Of a stretch of DNA of 61,920 nucleotides, positions 22,597-33,819 are shown piece by piece (the stretch's first letter is position 1; every line of letters starts with the position of its first letter). The stretch is from Corallochytrium limacisporum Hawaii. Taxonomy: Eukaryota; Protista; Pluriformea. The DNA lies in NCBI GenBank assembly GCA_002811645.1, contig PDIP01000106.1, positions 55,783 to 117,702 of the forward strand. Direction: 5' to 3'. The position numbers and the translations under genes are program-made. Under the pieces are notes generated by a model, which saw only the letters and a list, made by a program, of their open reading frames with translations, searched no databases and was not told the origin of the DNA.

Positions 22597-25500
22597 TTTT
22601 TTCGTTTATGTGTGTAGATATAACAGATTCGAAAAAGCCTAGCCTTGGCAAGACATAGTCGATCAAGTACCTATATAGTGAATTGTTATCTCCACAGGTC
22701 CGCATACTCTTTCTCACAGATGCCGTTATCAACTACAAGCTCTTCACACAGCACGCAATTAATTCGAGACGGACCCACATCATTCTTCCTACGGCAACCA
22801 GAATCAAAAATGGAAGGTGATTTCGGAGTCTACACTGCGGCCTCAGTACATTAATTTGCCTCCCTCTCCCCCTTGGTGGTTTCCTCAGCCTTCCCCCCTC
22901 CACACACTCACCCGCCTCTCCTTTCCCCCTCTCAGTTTGTGTGGCCTCCAACCAAACCGCCGACCCCAGGCGGGGTGGTAGGTAACTGTGGGGGCCCTGG
23001 TCTTCCCCCATCCCATTCGAATCTCCCAAATTAGAAATAGAGCGTGGCAGAAAGCGCAGTACATTCATTATAAGCACCCAACTGGCTGAGTCACTTGTTG
23101 GTACGCGGAGTGGGGGGTTGGGGGGGGGTTTGTGTGCCGGAGGGTACGACCCACCCCACTTTTCCGCACCCTCAAAACGTTCTGGCCCAACTCTAGGCGA
23201 AGATTCAGCTCAGGAACAGCGATACCTCATAGTCGCTGGTGCCACCCGCCACCGGCTCCGACGAGCTGGCAAAAAAAATCTTTGCGTTCAAATACTCAAT
23301 ATATCACAATACACCTGCTTGCGTACACGTATTTCCTGAGCCTGCATGATCCCATTTCGTGGAGCGCTAAAGGCTACCTGTGCTTGACCGGGGCAAGCCG
23401 TGGCTCTTCGTCTGAAACTAAAAATAATCCCGGAACATTGATGGTACTCAAAGGCATTTAGTATCCGTCGAGGTCAAAATTGCTTGACCCCTCTAATGCC
23501 CCCCAACCCCCCCCCCCCCGCGTATCGGAAGGGAGCTATAAAGAAGCCTGCAGGAACTCTCCTGACCTGGCCCCAAGGACTTTTTTACCCTTCGATGCTC
23601 CCATCGATGCTTCGAGAGTTCATTCTCGCTGCCGCCGATGCTGCATTCTTCTGTAGGCGGTGGACGCGCTCCATACTCTCGGAGTCGAGACAAGAGGTGA
23701 AGTCTACAAGCACTCCGCGGAGTTCTGACTCATTCGATATAGGTAGCGAGGACCGAGGCAGTGCGACTGAGTTGGTCGGATGAATGTCAGTTGGGGAAAG
23801 GAAGGTGTTGCCCGAGCAAATTGGCACTCTTGGATTCATATAGTGAATGGCTCTAGTGAGGAAGATTTTTTTTCTGTTTCGAGGCGAAAGAAGGACGAGC
23901 GACCAAAAAAAAAAAAAGAGACCCTCCAGAAGTCCCGGCCAATTTCAGCCACTCAGCGTTCAGTAATCATTCACTTCACTGCGCTGGAAAATCACCCTTT
24001 TGCCATACTGAAAGTATTGAAAGGAAGGTCGTCTTCGTCGGATGGGAAACCCACATACCCACATCTAAGTCTTTGTGCCTTGTCAAACTGTGCTTTCCGT
24101 CATCATCGGATCCTTTGGTGGTCAGAGTCATCGAAAATTTTCAATACAATGAATATAGAAACGTTGCAGAATCTCTAGCGAGAAGTCTGCTGGGTGTGTC
24201 GCAAGTTCGCACTGTTTCTTGAGTGCAAATCACAGAGGGTCAAGTGGGAGTGCTGGCGCTGATGCTGACACTGTTAAGTCAATTATCGATCCATTTCATC
24301 AATTATTCATTACTGGGCGTTGGGACACCACCATACCCCTCTGGCGAACAAACCTATCCCTTGATCAGTGTAGTCGGGCTAGAGAGTACTGCATACATGG
24401 ACCCTTCCTTTCAAGTATACGTATCCTATTACCAAAAAAAAAGTGAGGTGTTCGCCCCCGCAGACGTATCTTCATACAACCTGTAAGCAAAATTCAGTGC
24501 ATTCAGTATGAAATGGTCGGTCCTTGGGCGGCATTTACTGAAGAAGACACTACCGAGAGTTTCTCTCTGCTGCAAGGAAGGAGACAGTGGGGGGGGGCGA
24601 GTACGATGAAAAAGCCGTAGTATTCTGCTGGGATGTTTCCGTGCGTGTGGTATCAGCATTCGAGAAAGGCAGCACCTCATTCACAACGGTTTGGAAGAAA
24701 AGCGAAGCACAGCCCACAAGCTGTTCGATTCTTCCATGCATTTGAATTGTTCCGAAAATTAGGCAGTGGAGGAAGCAAGACACTTTGTTACTTGAGAGTT
24801 CAACAGCCCAAGCACACCACAGCCAAACCGCACACACCTCCTCCCTTCCTCTGCGGGTCATCATGGTAACTTCCCCTAGGGGAAGGGCCACCTACCCCTT
24901 GGGGAAAGTTTGACGGGATCTTGAAGGGTAGAAAATTTTACAGATGGAGGCTTAGGAACCCCCTACGAACAAAGCATTTCAGAGGTGCATGAGATTCAGG
25001 GTTAAACATACACCGCAGTGTGCGTGTGCTGACGGAAAAGCCTTCGCAAAATCTCTTCCTGTCCAGAGCACCACCCCGTCAATGTGGAGATCGATTCCTA
25101 CGTGTTTCCCGTACTTACGTTATTGAGATCGGGCACAGTCAACATTCTGAATCCTTGATCCACAGGGTATTGGATTACGTGCTCGCAAGTGTTGAGTGAG
25201 ACGTTCATTGGCCGCACATTGTGAAAGCATGCATTCACTACCGCGACAGTCACAGATGCGGCTTGAACCCAAAGGCAGTCCTCAGGTCCGATCCAAAGGG
25301 TCACGGCGGATGAGGTGATTGAGGTTTCCATTCCGTAGTGAATATACCGTATGGATGGCTACGACTGGGTAAAGTTGATTTCTAGTCCGAGCCCCATTCC
25401 CCCTCACCGCCATCTCCTATCATAATGAGGCACAATTTGCATCTCATCAGTGAATGCGGTAGTGTGGCTGATAATCTCGCACGATAGTGAGCATATAGGA

Positions 25501-27433
25501 TCTTATATAGAATGGCAAGACTGGAACGGTCTCTGCAATCATTTCTGGTACAATTGCGCAGTCGTACGCGCGGCGAAGGGGGACCCCCTGTGTTTGGGAC
25601 CGAGCCTAGGGAGCGGCCATGTACATTCACTATTGGATTCGTTAGCAACAATGGAATTTTGGAAGGGAGGGTTAAGGGGGATCGTGTGGGCTGGAAATTC
25701 GGTGCGCCCGGGGCGACAAACTGGCACGGAATGGAGTACATTCAGTATGTAGACTATGGAGATCGTTGACGTGTGGTCTCCTGGAGAACTGCAGGAGTGT
25801 TCCAGATGGAAGGGCTGCGATTCTCAAAACAATGCCAGCGTTGGAACAAAAGAAATTTCCTACCCTTCTTATTGTATTGGACAAAGTAACTGGTCCCCAT
25901 TCTCCATATATCAGAAGACTTGGGACACAGACGGTTTTCCAGAAAAGCTTCGAACAGTTGCCAGCCGGCCCAGTAGTGGATGCACCACACGGTTTGGCTG
26001 TGGATTTGCCTATATTGACTACTGGGTCTATAGTGAATGTACCCCCCGGCTAGAGCTTTTGACTCGTATGGGAGAGTGTGGCAATCAGGGCTTGGGCGCT
26101 TGACTATAAGGGGGCCGGTGAGACTTTGCGCTACCACGTAGTGGCCCATTTAGCCCCTGTTTAACTTAGTGAGTGATACCCAGGTGTCCTGCATCAGTGC
26201 GCAGCCAATCAGCATTAAGGTGTCATCCATCTAAAGTTTGAAGACTTCCCGCGTCTTCCCACGAAGATAATCGATTGTGAAGATGCTAAATAGTTTATGT
26301 TGATTTGAAATCATAAAATTGTGTTGTCTCCCGTATTTTTGTATACTTATAAATCACATATTTGAAACGGCACCTTGTCCGCTCCCATAGTGAATGTACT
26401 AAATTCACGGCTTCCATAGTAAACCCTTGGCCGCCAGCATCCCCCCCCGGGGGGGGGGCCTCCCCCCTGTTTTTGAACAGTCCCCGCGTGTTGGGTCTTT
26501 GCCCGTCGGTCCACCCTCTGAGTGCCCGCCCTGCCAAGGAGGGGAAGCCCGGGAGGGGAGGACGAGGGGGGGGGGATCACTTGCGTGGCTGGGAAGCCAC
26601 ACCGGCCCCGCGCAAGTGGTGGATTAAGAGAGTGTCGTCTGCCTCAGGCAAGACCAAGAGGGAGAGCCCTTCTTGACAGTGTGGGGAAGGGGGAGAGAGC
26701 GAGGGGGAATTTAGGGAGGGGGACCGGATACTGAAACTACGTACCGAGCACGGGTGTTTTCGCCAACACTGAGACTTTCGGCCCCTGCCCCTCCCGGGCC
26801 CCCCGGGGGGGGGNNNNNNNNNNNNNNNNNNNNNNNNNNNNNNNNNNNNNNNNNNNNNNNNNNNNNNNNNNNNNNNNNNNNNNNNNNNNNNNNNNNNNNN
26901 NNNNNNNNNNNNNNNNNNNNNNNNNNNNNNNNNNNNNNNNNNNNNNNNNNNNNNNNNNNNNNNNNNGGGGGGGGGGGACCGCTTCGCCCTGCCCTCGCTC
27001 TCCCAATGTGCGGGTCTCATGGGCGGCACAGCTGAAAACCAAGGGCCACACACGCACACGGACACTGGGGAAGATCGTTCAGCGTGTCATCTTCTGTCTT
27101 TGTTAATTCATGCCGTGGGCAATGGGCCATCGTCTCTCTGTACGTGTGGGCTCCTGAGTTTCTGTTCCGGGAAATGGCCTGTGGGCGAATCTGTCTTTGT
27201 TTGGTGGGTTCACGTGGTGGTATTTGATGTATGTATACTAATGCAAATACGGCTTATGCGAAGATATCCTTGTCAAATTCAAACATATTAGTCTTACAAG
27301 CATAACGGTAATTCGAGTTCTTCCTGCACAACGATGTAAAGAAGCTCATACGTTATATTAGTTGCAAATTACGAGAACTCAATCTTTTTGAAACAGGGGA
27401 ACCAAACAACTTCTCTCACGATTTACAGACGCA

Positions 27434-29677
27434 ATGTCGGACACCTTTGTGGCCGCGCAGTGCCACTTTAGTCCTTTTGATGAATCATCAGGTACGCAGT
27501 ACTGCGTTTTCCTTGGATCGGACGGAAGGGTACATGTTTGGGATGCCGTGCCGGGAACAAAAGGTCTGCTGGTGAATGTCGACCTCAGCGCGACAATGAA
27601 GGGCCGTGAGCCTGTGTCCTGCGGGTTTCTTGGGTGGGACTCGGAACCCTCAACCGGCAAGAAGAAATCCAAGGCATCGCAGCACAAAAAATTGGCAGTC
27701 ATTGGCTGCACCATGGGCGAATGCGTCGTGATTGAATTGGACTCGGGTAAGATCATGATGGAACAGCTGCTCTCGAACCTCACTAAGCCCATTGAGCATG
27801 TCAGCCCCGTCACCGGTGGCACAACCCCGCATGACTGCCTCACCCTGACCATGAATACCCTGTCTCGTTTGGACCCGATCAAAGGTGAATGTCAGGCAGA
27901 TCTGGTCGCCCTTGCTGCCAAGCGGGGCAAAGCTGGGGAAATAAAGGGACTGTTGTCTCTGACGGAGCACTTGCTTGTTGTTGCCCGGGGCCGAGCTCTT
28001 GAGGTCTGGACCGTGAATACTGCTGGGAAGGATGACACAGAGGCCACATTAAAGGCAAAGATAAACTCTGGTCACGGCGGAGACATCACTGGACTGACTG
28101 CTTTGGGAAAGAAAATGATTTTGTCTTGGGCGGAAGGCGACAATACGGCCATGGTGTGGACATTAGATATTGATGAAAGTGATAGTAGTGCCACTGCGCA
28201 GCATGCTGCCACCTTCACACTGCCCGTGCCCATTGTGGATTGTGCGTTCGTGAGCATGCCGTCAGCATCCAAACAGACGGTCCTCTGCGCTGCTCGGGGT
28301 GAGGACAACCGCATTTATTACACAGGCGACCTTACCGAGGCAATCGGCGACATCACCACTACCGACGTTACCACGCGGAAGCGTAAGACAGTGCCTTCGT
28401 TGGATATCAGGGGCCAGGTCCTGGTCGCACGCAAGGAGACTGCAGCAAAGGAATTGGGCAGCAGCAGGAAGCGCAAAGCCGGCCCTGTCAACAACAATGA
28501 TGGCAACCGTGGTTTCTCGGCGCCCTTTACCCTGCTTGGCATGGCTAATTCATCCGGAGATCGGCTCGTCTTGGCTCACGGTAGTGCGCTGAACCCGGCC
28601 TTTGAAACCTTTGACGTCGGCGTCAAGCTCCTGCTTGCATCTGCCAATGGAGAGATGGACGAGACACCGAATGGCGACGCGGAGAGCCATATCACTATTA
28701 TTGAGCGCACTGCAGCGGGCAATGTTCTCGGTAACGGCGGCGGCAGTGAGGGGATTCCGACAGGGAATGGAACTTTCGGCGGTGCGATCCGAGCCGAGGT
28801 CCTGGCTGTGGATGGTGTTAGCACCAAAGCCGCTGCCGAGGAACGCAGCAAACGTCAAAAGACATCTGTCGCCAAGGGCACCGGCGATGCTGCGGACAGT
28901 GGTCCCTCCCTCGCCGAGCAGCTCGCCGCTGTGTCTGGTAGCATCGGATCGGCCTCCAAAGCCGCTGCGTCATCTGCCATGGTCGCTGGAACCACCGCGG
29001 CTGGCCAGTCCATCACCATTCCTTCCACTGCGAGCGTCACACATCTCCTCGTCCAGGCACTTCACTCCGAGGATGCACGTCTTCTCGAGGAGATCCTGCA
29101 GGGTGCCACTGCTAGACAGATCAGTCCGACCGTGGCGAAACTGCCCGTGGCCTATGTTTTACCCCTGCTGCACCAATTGGGTGGACGGTTGGAACGCAAA
29201 CCGAACAGAGCGGCCGCCCTGCTTCCATGGCTCCGATCCCTGTTCCAGCACCATCTAAGCTATCTTATCACTGTGCCTGACCTGCAACTACACATTGCTC
29301 CCTTACAGCGTATCATTACTGCACGGCTGGGCCTGCTGCAGCCCCTAATGTCCCTAAGCGGGCGCCTTGATTTGCTTATCAGTCAAATGAACGCCGCTGC
29401 GGGCACTGGAGTCGATCCGCTCGAATATGGCGAAGACGAAGACCCGGATCGCATGCCTCCAATGATCTTCCACGATGTCTCCGACTCGGACGATGAGGAC
29501 GAGGACGAAGAGAGTGACGAGGACAACGACGAGGACCTCGCAGAGGACCGTGATGCCGTGGGTGCGTTGGCTGCTGCGGCAGATGAGGAGGACTACACAG
29601 AAGAATCCGATGGCATGGACGAGGACGGTGCTGGTGATGAAGAAGAGGAGGAAGAGGAGGATGTAGACGAGTACTGA
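27434..29677 (+). CDS. WDR43: WD-repeat SSU processome protein WDR43/Utp5
   Basis: Divergent N-terminal WD repeats; Utp12/Dip2 domain (LL.QALHS.D..LLE.IL, TV.KLP...V.PLL, WLR.L...H.SYL, L..L.GRLDLL); acidic tail. Confidence 0.85.
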   Translation: MSDTFVAAQCHFSPFDESSGTQYCVFLGSDGRVHVWDAVPGTKGLLVNVDLSATMKGREPVSCGFLGWDSEPSTGKKKSKASQHKKLAVIGCTMGECVVIELDSGKIMMEQLLSNLTKPIEHVSPVTGGTTPHDCLTLTMNTLSRLDPIKGECQADLVALAAKRGKAGEIKGLLSLTEHLLVVARGRALEVWTVNTAGKDDTEATLKAKINSGHGGDITGLTALGKKMILSWAEGDNTAMVWTLDIDESDSSATAQHAATFTLPVPIVDCAFVSMPSASKQTVLCAARGEDNRIYYTGDLTEAIGDITTTDVTTRKRKTVPSLDIRGQVLVARKETAAKELGSSRKRKAGPVNNNDGNRGFSAPFTLLGMANSSGDRLVLAHGSALNPAFETFDVGVKLLLASANGEMDETPNGDAESHITIIERTAAGNVLGNGGGSEGIPTGNGTFGGAIRAEVLAVDGVSTKAAAEERSKRQKTSVAKGTGDAADSGPSLAEQLAAVSGSIGSASKAAASSAMVAGTTAAGQSITIPSTASVTHLLVQALHSEDARLLEEILQGATARQISPTVAKLPVAYVLPLLHQLGGRLERKPNRAAALLPWLRSLFQHHLSYLITVPDLQLHIAPLQRIITARLGLLQPLMSLSGRLDLLISQMNAAAGTGVDPLEYGEDEDPDRMPPMIFHDVSDSDDEDEDEESDEDNDEDLAEDRDAVGALAAAADEEDYTEESDGMDEDGAGDEEEEEEEDVDEY

Positions 29678-29781
29678 ACCTCGCTTCCACCGAAGCATCA
29701 TAGACTTTGAATGCATGTCATAAAGCAGTTTTGTTACCATACGCCCATTGTATTCTTCAAGGTTTTGTAATGAGGGCATGT

Positions 29782-30407
29782 CTACTGTGCTGTGATGTCG
29801 TGTTCATAATACTCAGTGATGAACAGGTTGCAAAATCCGTCGAAGTCCAGAACCCCAGCTCCGTTCTGGTCGTACTTTGACATCAATCCTTCAACTCGGC
29901 CATAGTGTATCCAAGATCCCCCAGCGCAGAGGACAACTCCGACAGATTGACCGTGCCGCTGCGATCATCATCGTAAACGCGGAATGCGGCCTTGTGTGCC
30001 TCGGTCAACACACCCCGGGGCTTTGGTGGCTCCGTGGTTAGTGCGTACGCCAGATTGCCGGAAGCGTAAGGATGGACGCAGTGGAGCCACTCTACGAACG
30101 ACAGGTACCCATCACCGTTCGTATCCAAGTGCCGGAAGGCCAGACTAGTCAGGTTCTCGCTCATCATGAATCGTTCCGCGCTCTTCTCGAATTCCCTGAA
30201 CTCAACCATGCCGTCTGCGTTCTCGTCCACGATATCAAAGACAGGTTACGTTTCTTTGGATTTAGTTTTGCAGCATAAGACACCTTGTTATTCTCTAAAC
30301 GTTCGGCCCGCTGAAGGGCCTCCTTGACCTGTGGGTCGGTTTGTACCTCTGAGTCAAGGATTGGACCTGTACACCGTAGGCTCTCGGGCCGCCTGGGCTT
30401 TAGTCAT
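29782..30407 (-). pseudogene. Frameshifted four-EF-hand (calmodulin/centrin-like) calcium-binding gene
   Basis: EF loops DENADGMVEFREF, DTNGDGYLSFVEW, DDDRSGTVNLSEL in one frame. A fourth, LMSKYDQNGAGVLDFDGF, is in another frame after a 1-nt loss near 29890. The entry helix (KKRNL/VFDIV) is also split near 30243; the 5' end is uncertain. Confidence 0.75.
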
Positions 30408-31205
30408 GATGAGAATCGTTTAGTGTTGCTGATAAAGATGTTCACATTCTTCACAGAATACGTTCTTTCAACTCTTGTGGTCACCATCTTTCAAGAACCC
30501 TTATGACCGGTCCAAACGCAGTTTCCCCCCTTCCTCGTGCTACCAGCTCTCCATGGCACTCCGTTTCCCTCCCCCTCCCCTTTCTCCCTTCTGACTCGTC
30601 CTTCCGGAAAAAAAGGGGGCGGAGGCGCCATACTCGACGAGTCCCGTGAAAGGGCGGGTGGGCCTCAAACGGAAATATCAATATAATGTGATCAATATAA
30701 AACCTCACATCAATGTGGGGGGCCGAGCTCTGGGGAAGAGAAGGGGAAGTGCAGGAGCGGGGGGGGNNNNNNNNNNNNNNNNNNNNNNNNNNNNNNNNNN
30801 NNNNNNNNNNNNNNNNNNNNNNNNNNNNNNNGGGGGGGGGGGGGGGCCGGGGCTGTGAAGGGAGGGAGAAGGAGCGAGAGAGGGCGAGGGCGGGTGGATC
30901 TTTTGGGTGCGCCGCCGCGATGGGATGGATCAGGTATTGTGAATGGCGTTGCACATTGCATTCTTGCAACGATTTCAGTTGCACACTGGGATGATGATCG
31001 CTTCCTGATATTTCAAAAATTCATCTATATGATAGTTAAGAGGCACGTCATCCTTGCTGGCCGTCAAATTGGCAGGTTCAATGGTTCTGAGCAGAAAGCT
31101 TTAGTGAAAGGGACAGTCGCAACCGAACTGCACGTGTAGGTCCCTTGAAATCATGTAGTTGGCATATTGATGTCATATTCTTTGATGTGCAAATCCCATA
31201 GCACT

Positions 31206-32018
31206 ATGACGCAACAGACGACGCAAGAGTTGATCAGGGATCAGCAGCCGTACACAGCGTACTACTGCGAAGAGAACGCATTCCTGCTAGGTGAGCGCCT
31301 CTACAACGAAAACTACTTGAAACGCAGTTCGCAGGACGGAATCTCCACTCCTCCACCAGAGCTTGTGTGTATATCCAACGTCTCAAAGTCCGTTCTGCTC
31401 AGCTTTCAGCGGGCTGCGCAAAAACCAGAAGCCCATACCCAACAATACACCGTATGTTGGGACTACCACGTTGTGGTGGCGTATCGCGGAAGGATCTATG
31501 ATCTCGACACTATGCTTCCCTTTCCCATTCCAGCGGAGGACTATATCAGAGCGACCTTTATGCAATTCCCCAAGGTCCAGGCGAAGTATCGTCCAATCTT
31601 CCGCTGTCTGCCTTTCCCGGAGGTCGGGCGGCACTTTTACAGCGACCGCAGCCACATGTTGAACCGGCAGAGCGGAGAGTACCAGGAGTCACCACCGCCG
31701 TGGGATCCAATCATGCGTGCTCCTCCAAGTGCAAATGAAGCAGACCCCAATCTTAATGGCGAACCAGAATGCTGGGATTTGGCAAGCTGCATCGACATGA
31801 CATCGGTGGGCAATGAAAGTGCTGTCACCGGGAATCAAATCAACGGCAACAGTAAAGGCGATGGAGGCAACCAGGGCACTGAAGGAGCAGAGCCACCGGT
31901 GCATCACACCTTCGGTAAGATCGGGCGGCCTCCGAAGCACCTCCCAGAGCCGTTGAGTCTTGCAGTTTTTGCCGAGCGGCTAAAGGTGCAGATCCCAGAG
32001 ATCGAAGACTACACATAG
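31206..32018 (+). CDS. NTAQ1: N-terminal glutamine amidohydrolase (WDYHV1)
   Basis: YT.YYCEEN, WDYHVV, IYDLDT.LPFP, F.SDRSHM, PPPW. Start could also be ATG 31170 or 31185. Confidence 0.92.
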   Translation: MTQQTTQELIRDQQPYTAYYCEENAFLLGERLYNENYLKRSSQDGISTPPPELVCISNVSKSVLLSFQRAAQKPEAHTQQYTVCWDYHVVVAYRGRIYDLDTMLPFPIPAEDYIRATFMQFPKVQAKYRPIFRCLPFPEVGRHFYSDRSHMLNRQSGEYQESPPPWDPIMRAPPSANEADPNLNGEPECWDLASCIDMTSVGNESAVTGNQINGNSKGDGGNQGTEGAEPPVHHTFGKIGRPPKHLPEPLSLAVFAERLKVQIPEIEDYT

Positions 32019-32118
32019 ATCAGGAGGGTGACACAAATCGATCATATACAAATATTCACACAACATAACACTGTACTTTACGCATCGTGGTATATTCATT
32101 TGTTACATTAGGTTTGCG

Positions 32119-33819
32119 TCAGCGCGTATTACTCCTTACCCATGCGAGCAAGAACTTGAGGTCGACCAACATACACCGCAGTGCTCTGGTCCACTGCTCC
32201 AAATTTCCACCGTAGCGTCCGGGGAATTTAATGCTACAGTCTGAGACGTGCTCTCCATCGATTGGGTACGGTACTTCATAGCCGGTATGGCGAATCAACT
32301 GCTTAACGCAGTCCAAGAAGTATACCATGGCAGTGTCAAACTGTGACGTACCCTGGCTCAGACTCAGACTGTATCGGCGCACACTGTAGAGCGGGTACTG
32401 TGTCTTTGTCTTCAAGCGCTCAATCCGACTGAAGGACCCAAGAGGAATCAGGCGGTAGTGCTTAAAGGTGAAACCGAGCAAGTTGGCCATGCTATCCAGC
32501 AGAAGGACTACTTGACCCCACGCCGCATTGATCTCTTCCCAGCTCACGTCCTGTTCCTTTAAACGACCGAGACGCAGACCGTTGATGGTGCCGAATTTAG
32601 ACTCCGTACCAATGTGAAAGGTATCGTTGTATACATCAGTCTGTTTCAGTCGACTCAGCTCCTCACGTGCGTTACGAAGTGCGACGTCCACAGTGTCCAT
32701 GTCATTGAGCAGCCCAGATAGCCGCATTTGGAACTCCGAGTGTTCGCGCCAGTAGTCCTGCTCACGTACCATCAGTTCCTGCTCCTCTGTGTCGACGGCA
32801 CGCAATTGTTCTTCAAGATTCAAGTACTCGCCATCGAGCTCCGCTAGTTCGGACCGCAAAGTGGCCTGTTCCGCAAGCAAGCGGCTGAGTTCCTCTTCTT
32901 GTTCCTTCTCATGGAGGGCGGTCTGTGGTGTTGGCGTGCCGGAAGCGCCCTCCTCAGGGACAGCGCCCGTCGACGAGGCGGTGTCGTTCAGACCGACGGC
33001 GGTAGAATTGGCGTCTGCATCGACTGTTGTATCCAGACTGCTGTTGGCGTCTTGATCAACACTGCTCGTGAATCGGACCAGGCCGGGCCCTGCAGCTGCG
33101 GTGTGCGCACCTTTCCGACTCGCCTGCTCCTGCGTCGCGCCCATGCGGCTGAGCAGCGCTTCATAGGCTTTCTGTTCCTCCAGTACCATACGATGGCGGC
33201 TCTTGATCTCCTCCTGAACAAGCTTGATGCATTCAACACAGAGCGGATGGTCACAACCAGTAGCCCTGCTGGCCATATCAAGCACACCACCAGCAACCTG
33301 GACGCCATGGCTAAGTTGTCCTGTGGTTGATTGGCTGCGACTGCTGCTAACGACGTGACTGCTCACCTCCACACCCACACTGGCGTAGTTTCCCGAACTA
33401 AGGCCACCAGTACTGCTCACATTGTGAATTTTTGCTACATCGGCGCCGTTTGAGGCCTTCCTTTGTCGATTGGTAGCCTCTTGATCATGTCCGAGGTGGA
33501 TCAACCGATCGCTGCCCACGCTGGTAGCGGGACGGCCCACATTGTAACGGTAGAGCGGATCGTCTGTCTGCAGGGAAGTAAGCCTGCCCGATGCTGATTG
33601 CAACTGTTGTGCATGAGAACCCCACTTTTCGCGTGCCTCCCGGGCGACAAATTCTGCTAATTCCTTCCGAATGCCGGAAGCTTCGAGAGCCTTTTCGTCG
33701 GTGATTATATCTACAAGCTCCGTAGGCAGATCAAGACCTTTGTGGCATCGCTGGCAGTGAAACCGAAGCGGCAGCACCTGGTTCATACTGGTTGGCCTTT
33801 GTGATGACGTAGCTGCCAT
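32119..33819 (-). CDS. BECN1: Beclin-1 / Atg6 / Vps30
   Basis: F.CQRC, DHPLC.EC, coiled coil, L.RLK.T.VYNDTFHI, FGTINGLRLGRL, WEEINAAWGQ..LLL, FD.AMV.FLDC, EQWTRAL..ML..LK. Confidence 0.95.
   Translation of the reverse strand: MAATSSQRPTSMNQVLPLRFHCQRCHKGLDLPTELVDIITDEKALEASGIRKELAEFVAREAREKWGSHAQQLQSASGRLTSLQTDDPLYRYNVGRPATSVGSDRLIHLGHDQEATNRQRKASNGADVAKIHNVSSTGGLSSGNYASVGVEVSSHVVSSSRSQSTTGQLSHGVQVAGGVLDMASRATGCDHPLCVECIKLVQEEIKSRHRMVLEEQKAYEALLSRMGATQEQASRKGAHTAAAGPGLVRFTSSVDQDANSSLDTTVDADANSTAVGLNDTASSTGAVPEEGASGTPTPQTALHEKEQEEELSRLLAEQATLRSELAELDGEYLNLEEQLRAVDTEEQELMVREQDYWREHSEFQMRLSGLLNDMDTVDVALRNAREELSRLKQTDVYNDTFHIGTESKFGTINGLRLGRLKEQDVSWEEINAAWGQVVLLLDSMANLLGFTFKHYRLIPLGSFSRIERLKTKTQYPLYSVRRYSLSLSQGTSQFDTAMVYFLDCVKQLIRHTGYEVPYPIDGEHVSDCSIKFPGRYGGNLEQWTRALRCMLVDLKFLLAWVRSNTR

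Noticed and set aside
25692-25704. RNase P CR-I-like motif GGAAATTCGGTG (similar motif near 12683)
   Set aside because: No complementary CR-V segment found downstream to close helix P4.
27211-27216. CACGTG E-boxes upstream of WDR43 (and at 31131 near NTAQ1) as targets of the bHLH
   Set aside because: A 6-mer is expected about 15 times by chance in 62 kb; no enrichment seen.
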